A stretch of 64,000 nucleotides of DNA, from positions 416,001 through 480,000 of the forward strand of contig CAVQJC010000020.1 in NCBI GenBank assembly GCA_963712745.1. The letters run 5' to 3'. The position numbers and the translations under genes are program-made. The first letter of the stretch is position 1; every line of letters begins with the position of its first letter. This DNA is from an uncultured Chloroflexia bacterium. GTDB lineage: Bacteria; Chloroflexota; Limnocylindria; Limnocylindrales; CSP1-4. The notes under the pieces are model-generated. The model was not told where the DNA came from. It searched no databases and worked only from the letters and a program-made list of their open reading frames with translations. This document shows positions 39,398 to 49,328 of the stretch, piece by piece.

Positions 39398-40754
39398 GTG
39401 ACCCTGTCAAAGCTCATCGACATCGACCAGGCCGTCGCGCCCCGCCTGGTGACCGAGGTGCCCGGACCGCGCGCCCGCGCGCACGTGGCCTACGACCGTA
39501 CCTGGTCGTCGCCGAGCCTTCCCCGCGTCTACCCCTTCGTGCCGGTGCGCGGTAAGGGCGCCACCGTCGAGGACATCGACGGCAACCTGTTCATCGACTT
39601 CTGTGCCGGCATCGCCGTCAACTCCACTGGCCACTCACACCCCGCGGTCATCGAGGCCATCAAGGCCCAGGCCGAAGAGCTCGTGCACTACAGCGCGTCC
39701 GACTTCTACCCACCCACCTACGCGCGCATGTGCGAGGCCATCGCCGAGACCGCGCCCATCAGCGGTCCGGTACGCGTCTTCCTGGGTAACAGCGGGGCTG
39801 AAGCGGTCGAGGCGGCCATGAAGCTCGCGCGCGTGGCGACCGGTCGCCACGCCGTCGTCTCGTTCCTGGGCGGGTTCCACGGGCGCACCATGGGCGCGGT
39901 CACCTTGACCGCCTCGAAGGCCGCCTATCACGCCGGCCTGGCACCCCTGGTCAACGGCATCTTCCACGCTCCGTACGGCCACGCCTCCGACCTGGCCTGG
40001 TTCGACGAGGTGCTCTTCGACAAGGTCGTGCCGGCCGACGAGGTTGCGGCCGTCATCGTCGAGCCGGTGCAGGGCGAGGGCGGCTACGTCGTGCCCGAGG
40101 CCGGCTTCCTGCAGGGCCTGCGCGAGCTGTGCGACCGACACGGCATCCTGCTCATCGCCGACGAGATCCAGTCGGGCGCCGGGCGCACCGGCACGATGTG
40201 GGCCGTGGAACACTTCGGCGTCGAGCCCGACATGCTGCTCAGCGCCAAGGGCATCGCATCGGGCATGCCGCTCTCGGCCGTCGTGGCCAAGGCGCCCATC
40301 CTGGAGGTCTGGGACGCAGGCGCTCACGGCTCGACCTACGGTGGCAATCCCGTCGCCTGCGCGGCTGGGATCGTCACCATCGAGTTGCTGCGGAGCGGAC
40401 TCATCGAGAATGCCACCGCGCGTGGCCAACAGGGCCTCGCCGGACTGCGCCAGATTCTCCGCGGCGTTCCCCCAGAGCGTGGTCGATGTGCGCGGACTGG
40501 GCCTGATGCTGGCCCTGGAACTGGCCACGCCGCAGCTGGCCAAGGCACTCGAGTACGAGGCCTTCAGGCGCGGCCTGCTGGTCCTCGGCTGCGGCCACAA
40601 GTCCGTGCGCATCTCGCCCCCGCTGGTCATCGACGAAGTCACCATGGCCAACGGGCTGCGCGTGCTCGAGGACGCGCTGTCGGCAGTCGCGCGTGCCGAC
40701 ATCGAGGGCGGCCCGGTCGCCGACGTCGTCACCTTCGGCCGATCTCGGGGCTAG
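39398..40754 (+). CDS. Class III aminotransferase (GabT-like), frameshift near 40455
   Basis: DIDGNLFIDF, NSGAEAVE, FHGRT, EPVQGEGG, ADEIQSG.GRTG, SAKGIASG; C-terminus VRGLGLM...ISPPL in ORF 40044-40754. Confidence 0.9.
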
Positions 40755-41259
40755 AGCGGTCGAAGCGTAGAGCGGCAGCTCAGTCGGCCGTTCGGAACGT
40801 AGCGCCCGGGTCAGCCCCGCTGGTCTACGCAGAGTCAGGGAGTGCCCAGGGTCGACTCCTCCAGGCTGCACGCATCGGCTGGCTGGTCACAGTGGCCCTT
40901 CGAACGGGGACCGAGCGGGGGTCGGACGGGACCCGGGCGAGTCCGGTTGGTCCGGTGAATGGGAGCCACGCCGACTGATCGGCAGTCGCAGGGCCCTTCT
41001 GTCCGGGGCGCGACGATAGACCTTGGTACCCCGGTCGTACGACCCAAGTACCCGCCAGACCGGTTCGCCGACGCACCACCTCGGCCATTGGGTGACGACT
41101 TGGGCGGTTAGTGGTAGTAGCCCGGCCGGGACCCGGCTGATAAACCTTTGGTACTGCCTCCCCCCTGACGTCAGGGCCGAACCTCTCCAGGCTCCGCGGA
41201 CCTCTCCCGCAGCCTCCGGCTCAGGCGACCTCCCAGGGGGCAATGAACGGAGGAACGCG

Positions 41260-41739
41260 ATGCGTACCATCATCTCCCCCGAGGCCGAGCACCTCGACAC
41301 CGCCGTGGAACCGGTCCCCGAGCAGGACCAGCAGCGCCGCCATCGCGGCCAGGCGCTCGTCGAGTTCGCGGTGGTCCTGCCCGTCTTCTTCCTGCTCGTG
41401 GCGGGCATGTTCGACTTCGGCCTGGGAATCTACTCCGACCTGACCCTCGTGAATGCCGCCCGTGAAGGCGCACGACTGGGCGTCATCGATCCCGGCAACA
41501 CGAGCGCCATCGAAGAACGCGTTCGTGCCATGGCCGGCAACCTCGATGCCTCGAAGCTCAACGTCACCATAGCCTGCGAGCGCCCCTCCGGGAGCAGCTT
41601 CACCGCCTGCACCGACAAGCAGTGGCTGCCTGGCGATGCCACGAAGGTGACCGTCGACTACAGGTACACGATGTTCTTCCCCGTCCTCTTCGGTACGGAG
41701 ATCCCGCTCTCCTCCGAGTCGAAGATGCGCATCGAGTAG
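41260..41739 (+). CDS. TadE-like minor pilin
   Basis: GGAGG SD; [13 protein letters not shown]...NAAREGARLG. Confidence 0.9.
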   Translation: MRTIISPEAEHLDTAVEPVPEQDQQRRHRGQALVEFAVVLPVFFLLVAGMFDFGLGIYSDLTLVNAAREGARLGVIDPGNTSAIEERVRAMAGNLDASKLNVTIACERPSGSSFTACTDKQWLPGDATKVTVDYRYTMFFPVLFGTEIPLSSESKMRIE

Positions 41740-41850
41740 ATCGCCGCCTTTCTGTCCCGCAAGTCCGGCGTTCCTCCCACGGAGGCAGTCCGCACGTAAC
41801 GCCGATCGGTCCGGCCCTCTCCCGGACCCACGCACAGCAAGGACGACACG

Positions 41851-43242
41851 ATGAACCTCCTCTACTGGGCCCGCCAGGGCACCATCTCCAACCGACCGCC
41901 ACAAGACGGCATGGCGACCCGAGCTCGCCTGGCTCAGCGAGGCCAGACCCTCGTCCTCTTCTCCCTCTTCATCACGGTCCTGCTCGGCGCCGCCGCACTC
42001 GTGCTCGACCAGGGCCTGCTGCGCAAGGCCAACATGGACCTGCAGAATGCCCTCGACGCCGGCGCACTCGCTGGCGTCCCGATGGTCCTCGATGAGCCGG
42101 ACAAGGCCGAAGCGATCGCGCGCGACTATGTTCACCTCAACTACCCCGGCGATCTGCCGGACAGCGACATCGGCGTCGGGTTCCGCTGTCTCATCGGTGT
42201 TCAGGACGGCGGGCCCCGCCTGAGCGACGTGCCCTTGACGTGCGACCCGGGCCCATCGGCCACCTGGACGGTGGACGATGACATCGCCTACGCGACCTGC
42301 GTCCCGGCCCCCGACCGTCAGTGCAACACCATCGTGCTGAGCGGGCCTGCTGAAGTCGACTTCAAGCTGGCACCGGTGCTCGGCGTACCGGTCGGCTCGA
42401 CCGGCGCACGCATCGCAGCCGCCTGCAAGGGTGCGTGCGGCGAGCCTCCCCAGATCCCAGTCGACCTGGTCATGATCATCGACCGAACCAACTCGATGAA
42501 TGGCGTCGACACCGATAACGCTCGCAACGCTGCCGATTCGGTGCGCAGGACACTCGATCCCTCGGTCCAGTGGCTGTCTCTCAGCGCACTCGGCCCGAGT
42601 GTGCTCGATCCGTTTGCGTCGTGCAAGACCCTCGCAGACTCGAGCATCGGCGGTGCCACTGCGAGCGACCTGCGTCGCTGGGTGCCCGTGGGGCTCACCG
42701 GGCAGGGCGCTGCCGTTGCCGACTACGCCTCGGACGACACTGCCATGGACAAGGCCATCTCCTGCTTCAACAACTCGCGGACCAGTACCGATATCGCCGA
42801 CCCGGTCCGAATGGCCACGCTCGAGCTGGAGACGTACGGCCGACCTGGCGCCAAGAAGGCCATCCTACTGCTCAGTGACGGACAGCCCAACCGGTCGACG
42901 ACCGGGACGACGAACTACTGTCTGGAGTCCGACAAGGCAGCGTCGGACGCCAAGAAGGAAGGCATCGAGATCTACACCGTCGGATTCGGCCTGAACGGAT
43001 CCAACGATGCCCAGTGTCCGGACCGGGATGCACCGTGGCGCGGCGAGATGGCCACCACCCTGCTGGCTTCGATGGCCACTGACTCGGTCGCCGACGGCGG
43101 CTGCCCCGGTACGGAGAACACCGACGGCGACCACTACTACTGCCTGCCCAAGACCGCCGGTGCCAGCACCGATCTGGCCGATGTCTTCCAGACTGCGGTC
43201 CAGGACCTCACTGGTTACTCACGACTGGTCCCGGCCGAGTAG
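41851..43242 (+). CDS. TadG-like minor pilin with vWA domain
   Basis: RGQTLVLFSL...LDQG...LQNALDAGALAG; vWA motifs DLVMIIDRTNSM, LLSDGQPN, IEIYTVGFG. Confidence 0.88.
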   Translation: MNLLYWARQGTISNRPPQDGMATRARLAQRGQTLVLFSLFITVLLGAAALVLDQGLLRKANMDLQNALDAGALAGVPMVLDEPDKAEAIARDYVHLNYPGDLPDSDIGVGFRCLIGVQDGGPRLSDVPLTCDPGPSATWTVDDDIAYATCVPAPDRQCNTIVLSGPAEVDFKLAPVLGVPVGSTGARIAAACKGACGEPPQIPVDLVMIIDRTNSMNGVDTDNARNAADSVRRTLDPSVQWLSLSALGPSVLDPFASCKTLADSSIGGATASDLRRWVPVGLTGQGAAVADYASDDTAMDKAISCFNNSRTSTDIADPVRMATLELETYGRPGAKKAILLLSDGQPNRSTTGTTNYCLESDKAASDAKKEGIEIYTVGFGLNGSNDAQCPDRDAPWRGEMATTLLASMATDSVADGGCPGTENTDGDHYYCLPKTAGASTDLADVFQTAVQDLTGYSRLVPAE

Positions 43243-43395
43243 TCACCGGGACATCGATGACACCTACGCTGATCCGTGACGAAGACCTCCGTCGCGGGAG
43301 CCGACCGTCCACCGGCCCGCGGTCACGCCGTCCGGTTGACGCCCAATGGAGACTGTCCCTGCTGTCCTGTGGATGTGGCCGCGGTGAACGAGAGG

Positions 43396-44244
43396 TCAGA
43401 TCCGGGTGAGCGTGATGATCACGACCCCGGTGGTCACCGCGGCCACGCCACCCCATTGACGTGAGCTGATGCGCTCACCGAGAGCGTGGGCCATGAGCGC
43501 GGCCATGACGGCGAACTGGGAGGACAGCACCGAGGTGATGGCGATCGACTCGGCTGCGCCCCAGGCGAAGAGGTAGACCCCGGCCACCTCGGCGACGGCA
43601 GCGACGAGCAGGAAGGGCAGCACCGGCCGCTCGAAGCGCAGCCGGCGCGTCAGGGCCAGCGGAAGGGTCAACAAGGCCACGCCCGCGATGCGTCCCGCAG
43701 CCACCACCCAGCTCGGAGGCACGCCCTCACTGGCACGGCCGGCCCCGTACAGCCCGACCCCGAAGATGACCGCGGCCAGCACCGCGTAGGCGACGTAGCG
43801 CGCACCCTCGCCGGCCAGCACATCAGCCCCGCCGCCCGGCTGCCACGCCACCACGAAGATGCCCACCGCGATGAGCGCCAGCATCACGCCCAGCAAGGGC
43901 GAGGCGGCCTCCCCGGTGAGCACCGCCAGGGCCGCCGCGATCGAGCCCTCGGTCGAGACGATGGGGGCGGTCACGGGCACCTTGCCCCCGGTGAGCGCGG
44001 CGTAGTTGAAGACCATGCCGATGGAGTAGCCCAGCCCGGCCACCGTCAACCAGGCCAGGTCGGCAGCAGCGATCGGCTCGGCCGGCGCCTCCAGGACCAC
44101 GACCGGCATCACCACCAGCAAGCCGATGAAGACGACCAACGCGGTCGTCGACCACGGCCCCAGCACCCGGCTGGCACGCGCCGCTGCCAGCGTCGCGAGG
44201 GCCCAGGCCAGCGCGGCACCAAGGCCGCCCACCACGGCGATCAT
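43396..44244 (-). CDS. EamA/DMT-family transporter
   Basis: Ten hydrophobic segments in two repeats; LGERIS..QW.G. Confidence 0.85.
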   Translation of the reverse strand: MIAVVGGLGAALAWALATLAAARASRVLGPWSTTALVVFIGLLVVMPVVVLEAPAEPIAAADLAWLTVAGLGYSIGMVFNYAALTGGKVPVTAPIVSTEGSIAAALAVLTGEAASPLLGVMLALIAVGIFVVAWQPGGGADVLAGEGARYVAYAVLAAVIFGVGLYGAGRASEGVPPSWVVAAGRIAGVALLTLPLALTRRLRFERPVLPFLLVAAVAEVAGVYLFAWGAAESIAITSVLSSQFAVMAALMAHALGERISSRQWGGVAAVTTGVVIITLTRI

Positions 44245-44370
44245 CGTGACTGCCGGTCAGGCATCTGCAGCACAGGGTTCACGGTGCGCAGACTACGCGT
44301 CGGCGAGCGCCCACGCGGGCGGGGCGCGCATGACGGCGGACTCCGCTGGCTGGGCGTAGGCTTGGCTGCG

Positions 44371-45273
44371 ATGAGACGCCTGAGCCCGTTCCTGGCTGCC
44401 CTGCTGCTACTCCTGACCACGCTCCCCGCCGCGGCCCAGGAGGTGCCCCAGATCGTCCCCCGGCTGGTCTCATCGGAGATCGCCCAGGGACCGAATCGCT
44501 TCCTGTTCAGCCTGACTGACGCGACCGGAGGGCTGCTGGCCGCTCCGGACGTGGAGGTCCGGCTCGAGTTCTACGACCTCGATGCGGACCCGAATCAGGT
44601 CGTCTTCGAGGCCGATTCGCGCTTCCTGTGGGCCATCGAAGGCCTGCGTGGCCTGTATGCCTCGGACGTGGAGTTCCCGCACGCCGGGCGCTGGGGCACC
44701 CGCTTCTACGCGACCTTCCCCGACGGCACCACCGTGACCGAAGGTGTCCCCTATGACGTGCTGGAAGAGACCACCACGCCAGCCATCGGCGCGCCGGCAC
44801 CGGTCATCGACTCTCCCACTGCCGAGGATGTGGGCGGCGACCTGAGCCGTATCTCCAGCGACCCTGAACCGGTGGGGCGCTTCTACGAGCTGTCCATCCT
44901 CGACGCCATCGAGGCCGACAAGCCGGCAGTCATCGCCTTCGTCACGCCCGCCTTCTGTCAGACGGCCACCTGCGGTCCGACCATCGAGAAGGTCAAGGAG
45001 GTAGCGGCCAGCCACCCCGAGGACGTGAACTTCGTGCACGTCGAGCCGTATCTCATGCACGTCAAGGACGGCTATCTCCAGCCGCTGCTGTCCGAGGACG
45101 GCTGGCTTCAGCCTGCACCCTGGACCACGCGCTTCGGCCTGGCGGTCGAGCCGTACCTGATCGTCCTCGACGCCGACGGCCTGGTGCGGGCCAAGTTCGA
45201 GGGAGCCATCACCGTGGACGAGCTCGAGGATGCCCTGTGGGCCGCATCGGAGCCGCTGCCTTCGGGGTCCTGA
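44371..45273 (+). CDS. Exported thioredoxin-like protein
   Basis: Signal peptide; FVTPAFCQTATCGP, VNFVHVEPY, EPYLIVLDADG. Confidence 0.72.
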   Translation: MRRLSPFLAALLLLLTTLPAAAQEVPQIVPRLVSSEIAQGPNRFLFSLTDATGGLLAAPDVEVRLEFYDLDADPNQVVFEADSRFLWAIEGLRGLYASDVEFPHAGRWGTRFYATFPDGTTVTEGVPYDVLEETTTPAIGAPAPVIDSPTAEDVGGDLSRISSDPEPVGRFYELSILDAIEADKPAVIAFVTPAFCQTATCGPTIEKVKEVAASHPEDVNFVHVEPYLMHVKDGYLQPLLSEDGWLQPAPWTTRFGLAVEPYLIVLDADGLVRAKFEGAITVDELEDALWAASEPLPSGS

Positions 45274-45312
45274 AGACGCCCATCACGCCCCGGCGCAGCG
45301 TACGATGACCCG

Positions 45313-46233
45313 GTGAGCACATCGAAGGTGGCCAGCATGCGCGAGGCCATCGCGGCGCTGGTGCACGACGGGGACAGCGTGGCCATCGAGGGCTTCACCC
45401 ACCTCATCTGCTTCGCCGCCGGCCACGAGATCATCCGCCAGGGGCGCCGTGACCTCACGCTCATCCGCATGACGCCTGACGTCATCTACGACCAGATGAT
45501 CGGCGCCGGCGTGGCGCGCAAGCTCGTCTTCAGCTGGCTGGGCAACCCCGGTGTGGGCAGCCTCCACGCCATCCGCCGCGTGACCGAGGGCCCGCAGCCG
45601 GCGCTCGAGCTCGAGGAGTACAGCCACTTCGGCATGGTCGGGCGCTACCTCGCGGGCGCCACCGGCCTGCCCTTCTACCCACTGCGCAGCTACGAGGGCA
45701 CGGACCTGCCCGCGGTCAACCCCCGCATCGTGCCCCTGCGCTCGCCCTACGGCGACGAGACCGTCCACGTCGTGCCGCCGCTCAGGCCCGACGTCACCAT
45801 CATCCACGCCCAGCGCGCTGACGCCGCGGGCGACACCCAGATCTGGGGCCTGACCGGCAGCCAGAAGGAGGCGGCCTTCGCCGCCGGGCGGGTCATCGTC
45901 GTGGTCGAGGAACTGGTCGAGGAAACCGTCATCCGGGCCGACCCCAACCGCACGCTCATCCCCGGGCTCATCGTCGACGCGGTGGTGGTCGAGCCGTACG
46001 GGGCGCACCCCTCCTTCGCCCAGGGTTACTACGACCGCGACAACACCTTCTACGTCGAGTGGGACGCCATCGGCCGCGACGCCGCGCGCACGTCGGCCTG
46101 GCTCGATGAGTGGGTCCACGGCGTCTCGGGGCGGGCCGAGTACATGGAACGCCTCGGTGCCGCGGCCCGTGAGCGCATCCGTCCGACCGGCGTCGCGCTC
46201 GCGGGCCCCATCGACTACGGCGAGTACCGATGA
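45313..46233 (+). CDS. CoA-transferase subunit A (GctA/PcaI-like)
   Basis: VHDGDSVAIEGFTHLI, PDVTIIHAQRAD, GAHPS...GYYDRD. Confidence 0.9.
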   Translation: MSTSKVASMREAIAALVHDGDSVAIEGFTHLICFAAGHEIIRQGRRDLTLIRMTPDVIYDQMIGAGVARKLVFSWLGNPGVGSLHAIRRVTEGPQPALELEEYSHFGMVGRYLAGATGLPFYPLRSYEGTDLPAVNPRIVPLRSPYGDETVHVVPPLRPDVTIIHAQRADAAGDTQIWGLTGSQKEAAFAAGRVIVVVEELVEETVIRADPNRTLIPGLIVDAVVVEPYGAHPSFAQGYYDRDNTFYVEWDAIGRDAARTSAWLDEWVHGVSGRAEYMERLGAAARERIRPTGVALAGPIDYGEYR

Positions 46234-46970
46234 GCTCTGCGGCGCCGACCCGCAACGAGACGATGATCGCCGCGGCGGCACGCGAGCTGGCCGGCCAGCG
46301 CGTCTGCTTCGTGGGCATCGGCCTGCCCAACATCGCGGTCAACCTCGCGCTGCGGACGGTGGCCCCGCAGCTCGAGCTCATCTACGAGGCCGGCGTCTAC
46401 GGGGCCCAGCCGGCGCGCTTGCCGCTGTCCATCGGCGACCCCACCATCGTCACCGGCTCGCTGGCGGTGATGAGCCAGGCCGACCTCTTCGGCCTCTACC
46501 TGCAGCGCGGCCTCGTCGACGTGGGCTTCCTGGGGGCTGCCCAGATCGACCGCTACGGCAACATCAACAGCACCGTCATCGGCGAGTACGCTCGGCCGGC
46601 CGTGCGGCTGCCCGGCTCCGGTGGCGCCATCGAGATCGCCCTGCACTCGCGGCAGGTGTTCGTGGTCATGCGCCAGTCGCGGCGATCGTTCGTCGAGCGC
46701 ATCGACTTCCGCACCTCGCCCGGCGGTGAGCCCGGCGGGGAGCGCGGACCCTCGGTCGTGGTCACCGACCTCGGCGTCTACCACTTCGACGACGACGGCC
46801 AGATGCGCCTCGACGCGCTCCACCCCGGCGCCACGCTCGACGACGTCCACGGCGCCATGGGCTGGGAGGTGCGCGTCTCGACCTCGCTGGCCACGACCCC
46901 GCCACCCTCGAGCGAGGAGCTGCGCCTGATGCGGGAGGTGCTGGACCCCGAGGGCCGCTACATCGGCTAG
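46230..46970 (+). CDS. CoA-transferase subunit B (GctB/PcaJ-like)
   Basis: FVGIGLP, LIYEAG (catalytic Glu), GAAQIDRYGNINST, RLPGSGGA. Confidence 0.9.
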   Translation: MSSAAPTRNETMIAAAARELAGQRVCFVGIGLPNIAVNLALRTVAPQLELIYEAGVYGAQPARLPLSIGDPTIVTGSLAVMSQADLFGLYLQRGLVDVGFLGAAQIDRYGNINSTVIGEYARPAVRLPGSGGAIEIALHSRQVFVVMRQSRRSFVERIDFRTSPGGEPGGERGPSVVVTDLGVYHFDDDGQMRLDALHPGATLDDVHGAMGWEVRVSTSLATTPPPSSEELRLMREVLDPEGRYIG

Positions 46971-47035
46971 CGGCCTGCGGTGGGCGACAGGGCCTGGGGA
47001 CTGGTGGAGCGGCCCGTAAGCAGGCCCACGCCCCG

Positions 47036-47677
47036 TCAGCGGCCGCGGAGCAGCCGGCTCTGCCAGACCATGTAGATGCCGATGGCGATCATGGCCAGCG
47101 GGATGACGACCACGAGGCCCATGTCGAAGGGCAGCGTGTCGGAGGTGTCGGCGAGACCGATCAGTCCGAGGACGGCGCCGATCCAGAGAGCGTACTCCCG
47201 GCGCACGTGCTGGAAGCGGCCGAGGCCCCAGCCGATGAGAAAGGCGATGCCGATGAAGAGCGTGTTCCAGCCATCACCGGTGAGGATGTCGAAGTCCCGC
47301 CCCACGCTGGCCAGGCCCCAGGCGGTGAGCACCAGCGCCGGCATGGTGGCACCGACGATCCGACCGAACAGCCAGGCCGCGCCGAAGGCGAGGCCGGCGG
47401 CCAGGATGAGCAACGAGCCGAAGGACAGGTCCGGGATGAGGATCTCGATCAGCAGCCCGATGCCAAGCACGAGCAGCAGCACCGCGAACCAGGGAAACGA
47501 CTGGCCGGACGACGACCAGCGGTAGGCGCGGACGAAGGGCTGCTGGGCTGGGCCGCCGAAGGTCGGTCCCGCGCCGCCCGGTTGCTGGGGGCTGCCCTGC
47601 CCTGGACCTGGTGGCGGCTGAGGGCTGCCGGGCGGAGGCGGGCCGACCGGCCTGGCCCGGCGTGCTGGATCGGTCAT
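47036..47677 (-). CDS. Hypothetical multi-pass membrane protein with Pro/Gln-rich N-terminus
   Basis: About six TM segments, high GC3 codon usage. Confidence 0.7.
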   Translation of the reverse strand: MTDPARRARPVGPPPPGSPQPPPGPGQGSPQQPGGAGPTFGGPAQQPFVRAYRWSSSGQSFPWFAVLLLVLGIGLLIEILIPDLSFGSLLILAAGLAFGAAWLFGRIVGATMPALVLTAWGLASVGRDFDILTGDGWNTLFIGIAFLIGWGLGRFQHVRREYALWIGAVLGLIGLADTSDTLPFDMGLVVVIPLAMIAIGIYMVWQSRLLRGR

Positions 47678-47710
47678 GCGTCGAATCGTAGCCTGAGCCG
47701 GGACATCCGC

Positions 47711-48481
47711 CTAGCCGGGCCCGTGCTCGCCGTCGGCCGCGGGCCCATGGCGGGCGGGAGCGCCCAGCCACACGCTGCCGTCAGCGAAACGCTCCGCCTT
47801 CCAGATGGGGACACGCGCCTTCAGCTCCTCGATGGCATAGCGGCAGGCCTCGAACGCTGCCTCCCGGTGTGGCGAGGCGACCACGATGAGCACGCTCGAC
47901 TCGCCCACTGCGACCTCGCCGAGCCGATGGACGACGGCCACCCTCTGCACCCCGAAGCGCGATTCGATCTCGTCGGCGATCTGGTCCAGCACGGACAGGG
48001 CCATGGGCTCGAAGGCCTCGTAGCTCAGGCCCACTACCCGTTGGCCCGCGAAACGAGCGGCTTCCGCCTCCTGGCCCGGAGCGGGCGAGCCCGCCGATTC
48101 TCGCGTCTGGCCCACGAAGACCGCGAGCGCACCGTCGGCCGAGGAGGCCACGCTCGCTCGCAACTCGGCCAGCAGGCCCTCGTCGAGCGTCGCTTCCTGC
48201 AGCTCGAGCCGCCGGTAGCGGTCGGGCTCGGAGGCGGCGCCACCTGCCACGGGCGGGATGACCGCCAGCTCGTCGCCGTCGGAGAGCGGCTCGCGGATAT
48301 CGGCGTAGTGGCCGTTGCGCGCGAAACGCACGCTGGACTCGGCCGCGGCGATGACCGGGTGTTCCGCCACCAGCGCGGTCCAGGCGGCCGCCACGTCGGC
48401 GCCTTCGGACAGCTCCAGCTCAAGGCGGCGCAGTCCGGTCTGGGCGCGCTGCAGGGCGAACAGGCGGACGATGATGCGCAC
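47711..48481 (-). CDS. MoaD-MoaE fusion (molybdopterin synthase, MoaX-like)
   Basis: VRLFA...DGDELAVIPPVAGG (MoaD) followed by LSYEAFEPMA, HRLG, SPHR..AF, LKARVPIWKAE (MoaE). Confidence 0.9.
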   Translation of the reverse strand: MRIIVRLFALQRAQTGLRRLELELSEGADVAAAWTALVAEHPVIAAAESSVRFARNGHYADIREPLSDGDELAVIPPVAGGAASEPDRYRRLELQEATLDEGLLAELRASVASSADGALAVFVGQTRESAGSPAPGQEAEAARFAGQRVVGLSYEAFEPMALSVLDQIADEIESRFGVQRVAVVHRLGEVAVGESSVLIVVASPHREAAFEACRYAIEELKARVPIWKAERFADGSVWLGAPARHGPAADGEHGPG

Positions 48482-48483
48482 GG

Positions 48484-49311
48484 CTAGACCAGCAGCCCTT
48501 CACCGAAGAGCAGACCCGCGGCCACGATGGTGGAGGCCATCACCAGCGCGAACTCGATGTAGAGCAGGCCGGTCGCCGACTCCATCGAGCGCGTCAGCGA
48601 GGTGCGATAGGCCATGGCCGTGAGCAGCAGCGGGAAGACGAGCCCCACGATGAGACGCAGCCAGACGAAGACCAGGTTGGGCCCGGTGAGCGCTTCGAAT
48701 GGCTCCAGTTCGGGGATCCCGGCCGCCAGCCAGACAGCGAAGAGCAGCAACTGGATCGCCAGCCCGACCATCAGCAGCTGCGTTGTCAGGACCAGCGGCC
48801 GTTCAGAGATCTTGGGCGTGACCAGGTACCAGTGCGCGAGCACGACCGCGGCCATCGAGCCGCCGGTGACCGCGGCCAGGGCCAGCAACTGCACCAGCAT
48901 CGAAGCCGAGATGGGCTCACCACCGCCCCAGTCGAGCGCACCCAGAGCCATGGCCGCCACGCCCGCGATGACGGCGCCACTGCCCAGCCACAGCGCGCGG
49001 CCGCCGCGCCTCAGGCGGACTCCGGCTACGAGCGAGAGAAGGCAGAAGAGGGCGATGGCCGCCCGTCGCGGCTCGTCGAAGTCGGCGCCGCCGTCGACGG
49101 CCAGCTCGGTCGGGGCCGGGAGGCCCCACTCGACCAGCAGCCAGCCCAGGCCCATGACGGCAGCCAGGATGGCGCTGAAGCCGAGGAAGCCAGGCGTCGC
49201 GTCGGTCGTCTGGCGCAGCAGCCAGGTCAGCGCGAAGGACCCGAGGGCGAGGCTGCCCAGGAGAACCCACGTCACATAGCTGAGGCTCTGGATGATCTGC
49301 TGCGTCTCCAC
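48484..49311 (-). CDS. Conserved multi-pass membrane protein
   Basis: About eight TMs; LAHWYLVTP and SATGLLY motifs. Confidence 0.72.
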   Translation of the reverse strand: METQQIIQSLSYVTWVLLGSLALGSFALTWLLRQTTDATPGFLGFSAILAAVMGLGWLLVEWGLPAPTELAVDGGADFDEPRRAAIALFCLLSLVAGVRLRRGGRALWLGSGAVIAGVAAMALGALDWGGGEPISASMLVQLLALAAVTGGSMAAVVLAHWYLVTPKISERPLVLTTQLLMVGLAIQLLLFAVWLAAGIPELEPFEALTGPNLVFVWLRLIVGLVFPLLLTAMAYRTSLTRSMESATGLLYIEFALVMASTIVAAGLLFGEGLLV

Positions 49312-49328
49312 GCAGCGAGTGTAGGGCG

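Noticed and set aside
41170-41240. GCAGCCTCCGGC resembling part of a c-di-GMP-I riboswitch upstream of tadE
   Set aside because: The GGCAAA/GNRA P2 stem and other conserved elements are absent.
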